DNA of 64,000 bases. Origin: Squalus acanthias (taxonomy: Eukaryota). Where the stretch lies: the NCBI GenBank assembly GCA_030390025.1, contig CM059432.1, forward strand, positions 29,948,001 to 30,012,000, in the 5' to 3' direction. Positions within the stretch are counted from its first letter, which is position 1. Every line of letters starts with the position of its first letter. Below the pieces are notes generated by a model. It saw nothing but the letters and a program-made list of their open reading frames with translations. It was not told where the DNA came from and searched no databases. Position numbers and translations under genes: made by a program. Below are positions 62,019 to 64,000 of this stretch, piece after piece.

Positions 62019-62859
62019 CTGTGAGGAAAGAAAGGAGAAAACCTCAACAAAACAAGAATGGGATGGGATGCTGGTGAAAAGCCAGTTCCAGTTAAAATTA
62101 CCTCTATCAGTCTCAAATTTGTGCTCCATTGATCTGTGCCTCTAGCAGAGTTTCTTTTTATCTATTTAATCCAAAAACCAGCTCAAGGTTTTATCGCTAT
62201 TGCAGGACGTGGAAAAGAAAATGACAGTGTATAGTAAGAAGCGAATCACCACCTGCCTTCATACAGCTGCAAAGTATCTTTAGGAAAAATGCACAGTAAG
62301 TGGAGGATGAAACAGGAAACACCTGATTCACACTACAGACTCATACCATCTCAGTCACCACAACTGCTGTATGCTGATACCATTTATAAAGATGCATCCC
62401 CACCCCAACACCAAGTAAGACCCCCATTCTATTGATCCCCTCTCCATTTCTCCTAGTCTCCCCACAACCAGCACCATTTCTGGCTGACAAGGTGAAGAGG
62501 TAACAACCTGCCTCCATTTGCTCCAAGACCAGATACTGGGAGGCCCACTGAGTACCGTCCAGGGCTCAACTTCCCTCCGATTCCCCTTTCACCTGTAGTC
62601 AGATGGGCTCTCTTCACCACATCCCCATAGCGGTATGGCCGAGATCAAACTTTCAATGCGTAAGGAAGAAACTTCAAAAATTACAAGCAGCCTTTTAAAA
62701 TGTTCTTATATTGGTGATATCAGGGAATCAGTGTGGGGAAGCTGGATTGACATCAGTAGAGCACAGCAGTGGACAGTACCTTCTCTCGCATCAGGTATTG
62801 GCTGACAGGTGTGACTGACCCCAAGTGTGTGAAGGAGCTGGATTATCAGCAGAGACATT

Positions 62860-63596
62860 GGCCCAAAAATTAGTCCCGCTACGTGAGAGTACGCACTGCG
62901 TACTCTCGCGTATTCTGTCTCCAATTGCCGGTTTTCTGCATGCACTGTGCATGCGCTGAAAACCGCCACTTGGTGAATGGAAAAGGGAGCGGGTCCTAGG
63001 TGCACCGCGTGCGCGCTACAGGCTGCGCGCACGCTGTGCACTTACTGGTTTCAACGCGCAGGTAAGTACGGAAGATTCTACACATAAAAAGAGTAAGACC
63101 CACTTTTAACAAGGTAAGTAGTGAATTAAGTATTATTTTGAATTTTTTTTAACAGGTATATCTTTTTTAGAGACTTTAAAGACAGGTAAGTTTATTTTTA
63201 TAACTTTTTAAAAGATTTTAAATTTTTTCAAAAATTTAATTTTTTATTTAAAATGGTTAATTTATTTAACTATACTTATTTTATTAATGTGATGGTTTTT
63301 AAAAAAAATTAATTGAGGTTTAGCGGTTCTTTTGGGGGGCTATAGTATTCATAACTTTCACAGCACTTATGTGAAAGTTATGAATGGAAGATGGTGTGCT
63401 GCCATTGGCTCTAACTGAGTCACGTGATCCCACAGCTCGCACGAATTAACTACGCCAGTGGGATACGCAAGCCCAGCACAGCAGCTGTCCAGAACATCAA
63501 GTTCGTGCGAGCTGGAACTGAAAAAGCCAACGCGCAGTGAGAGATCGCGGGGAGGCCTTACCCTCGCACGAAGGCTTCCTCACGAATTTTTGGGCC
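62860..63596. mobile_element. Harbinger-like MITE
   Basis: Perfect 12-bp TIR ggcccaaaaatt / aatttttgggcc; TSD ATT at 62857-62859 and 63597-63599. Confidence 0.85.
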
Positions 63597-63635
63597 ATTG
63601 TTGTTTACACTGGGTGCTGCTTGGGAGGAGTTGGA

Positions 63636-63862
63636 AAGAACTTTAATTTACATAGTACCTTTCACCTTCTCAGAAGGTCCCTAAACACTTCACAGTCAAT
63701 TAATCAATTTTGAAATGCAATCCTTATTGTTTAGTAGTCAAACATGGCAGCCAATATGTGCACAGCAAGGTCCCACAAACAGCAATGCAATGAATGACCA
63801 GCTAATCTGGTATGGTGCTATTGGTTGAGGGATGAATGTTCGCCAGGATAACGGAAGAACTC
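63636..63862 (-). mobile_element. Deu-domain SINE 3' fragment
   Basis: Similar to 16435-16660. Confidence 0.7.
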
Positions 63863-64000
63863 TAGCGAAAGGAGCTGGATAACCACAGCAACAGTCAGTA
63901 ACAGAGTGCTGCGTGAAGAACCTAGTAAATTGACAATTCAAGGGAATGCATTAATATTAATAAATATAGTCACCAACACGGTATCAGCTGGGAGAATTTG

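Overview
Eukaryotic genomic DNA, inferred to be from a cartilaginous fish (shark-type SINE, CR1 and Penelope repertoire). The whole window lies inside a minus-strand ZC3H3 (CCCH zinc-finger protein 3) orthologue. Five internal coding exons can be traced with GT-AG junctions and consistent phases, including two introns of about 23-24 kb. The introns are packed with mobile DNA: one apparently intact CR1 LINE (ORF1 Zn-finger/SGNH esterase, ORF2 APE-RT), one intact Neptune-type Penelope-like element (RT + GIY-YIG, hammerhead ribozyme, inverted pLTR, 12-bp TSD), many CR1/L2/RTE fragments, Deu-domain and Nin-domain tRNA SINEs, and PIF/Harbinger-type DNA transposons and MITEs. The most notable signals are: (1) the AUG-less CR1 ORF2 overlaps ORF1 in the -1 frame at a U_UUA_AAC slippery heptamer, also present in a second CR1 copy and one base off in a third; (2) Penelope 5' ends and inversion points fall at the hammerhead ribozyme; (3) a SINE>Harbinger>Penelope nest; (4) a perfect 120-bp templated inverted duplication next to an exon. 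Family names come from motif recognition by eye, not database searches, and the boundaries of degraded repeats are approximate.
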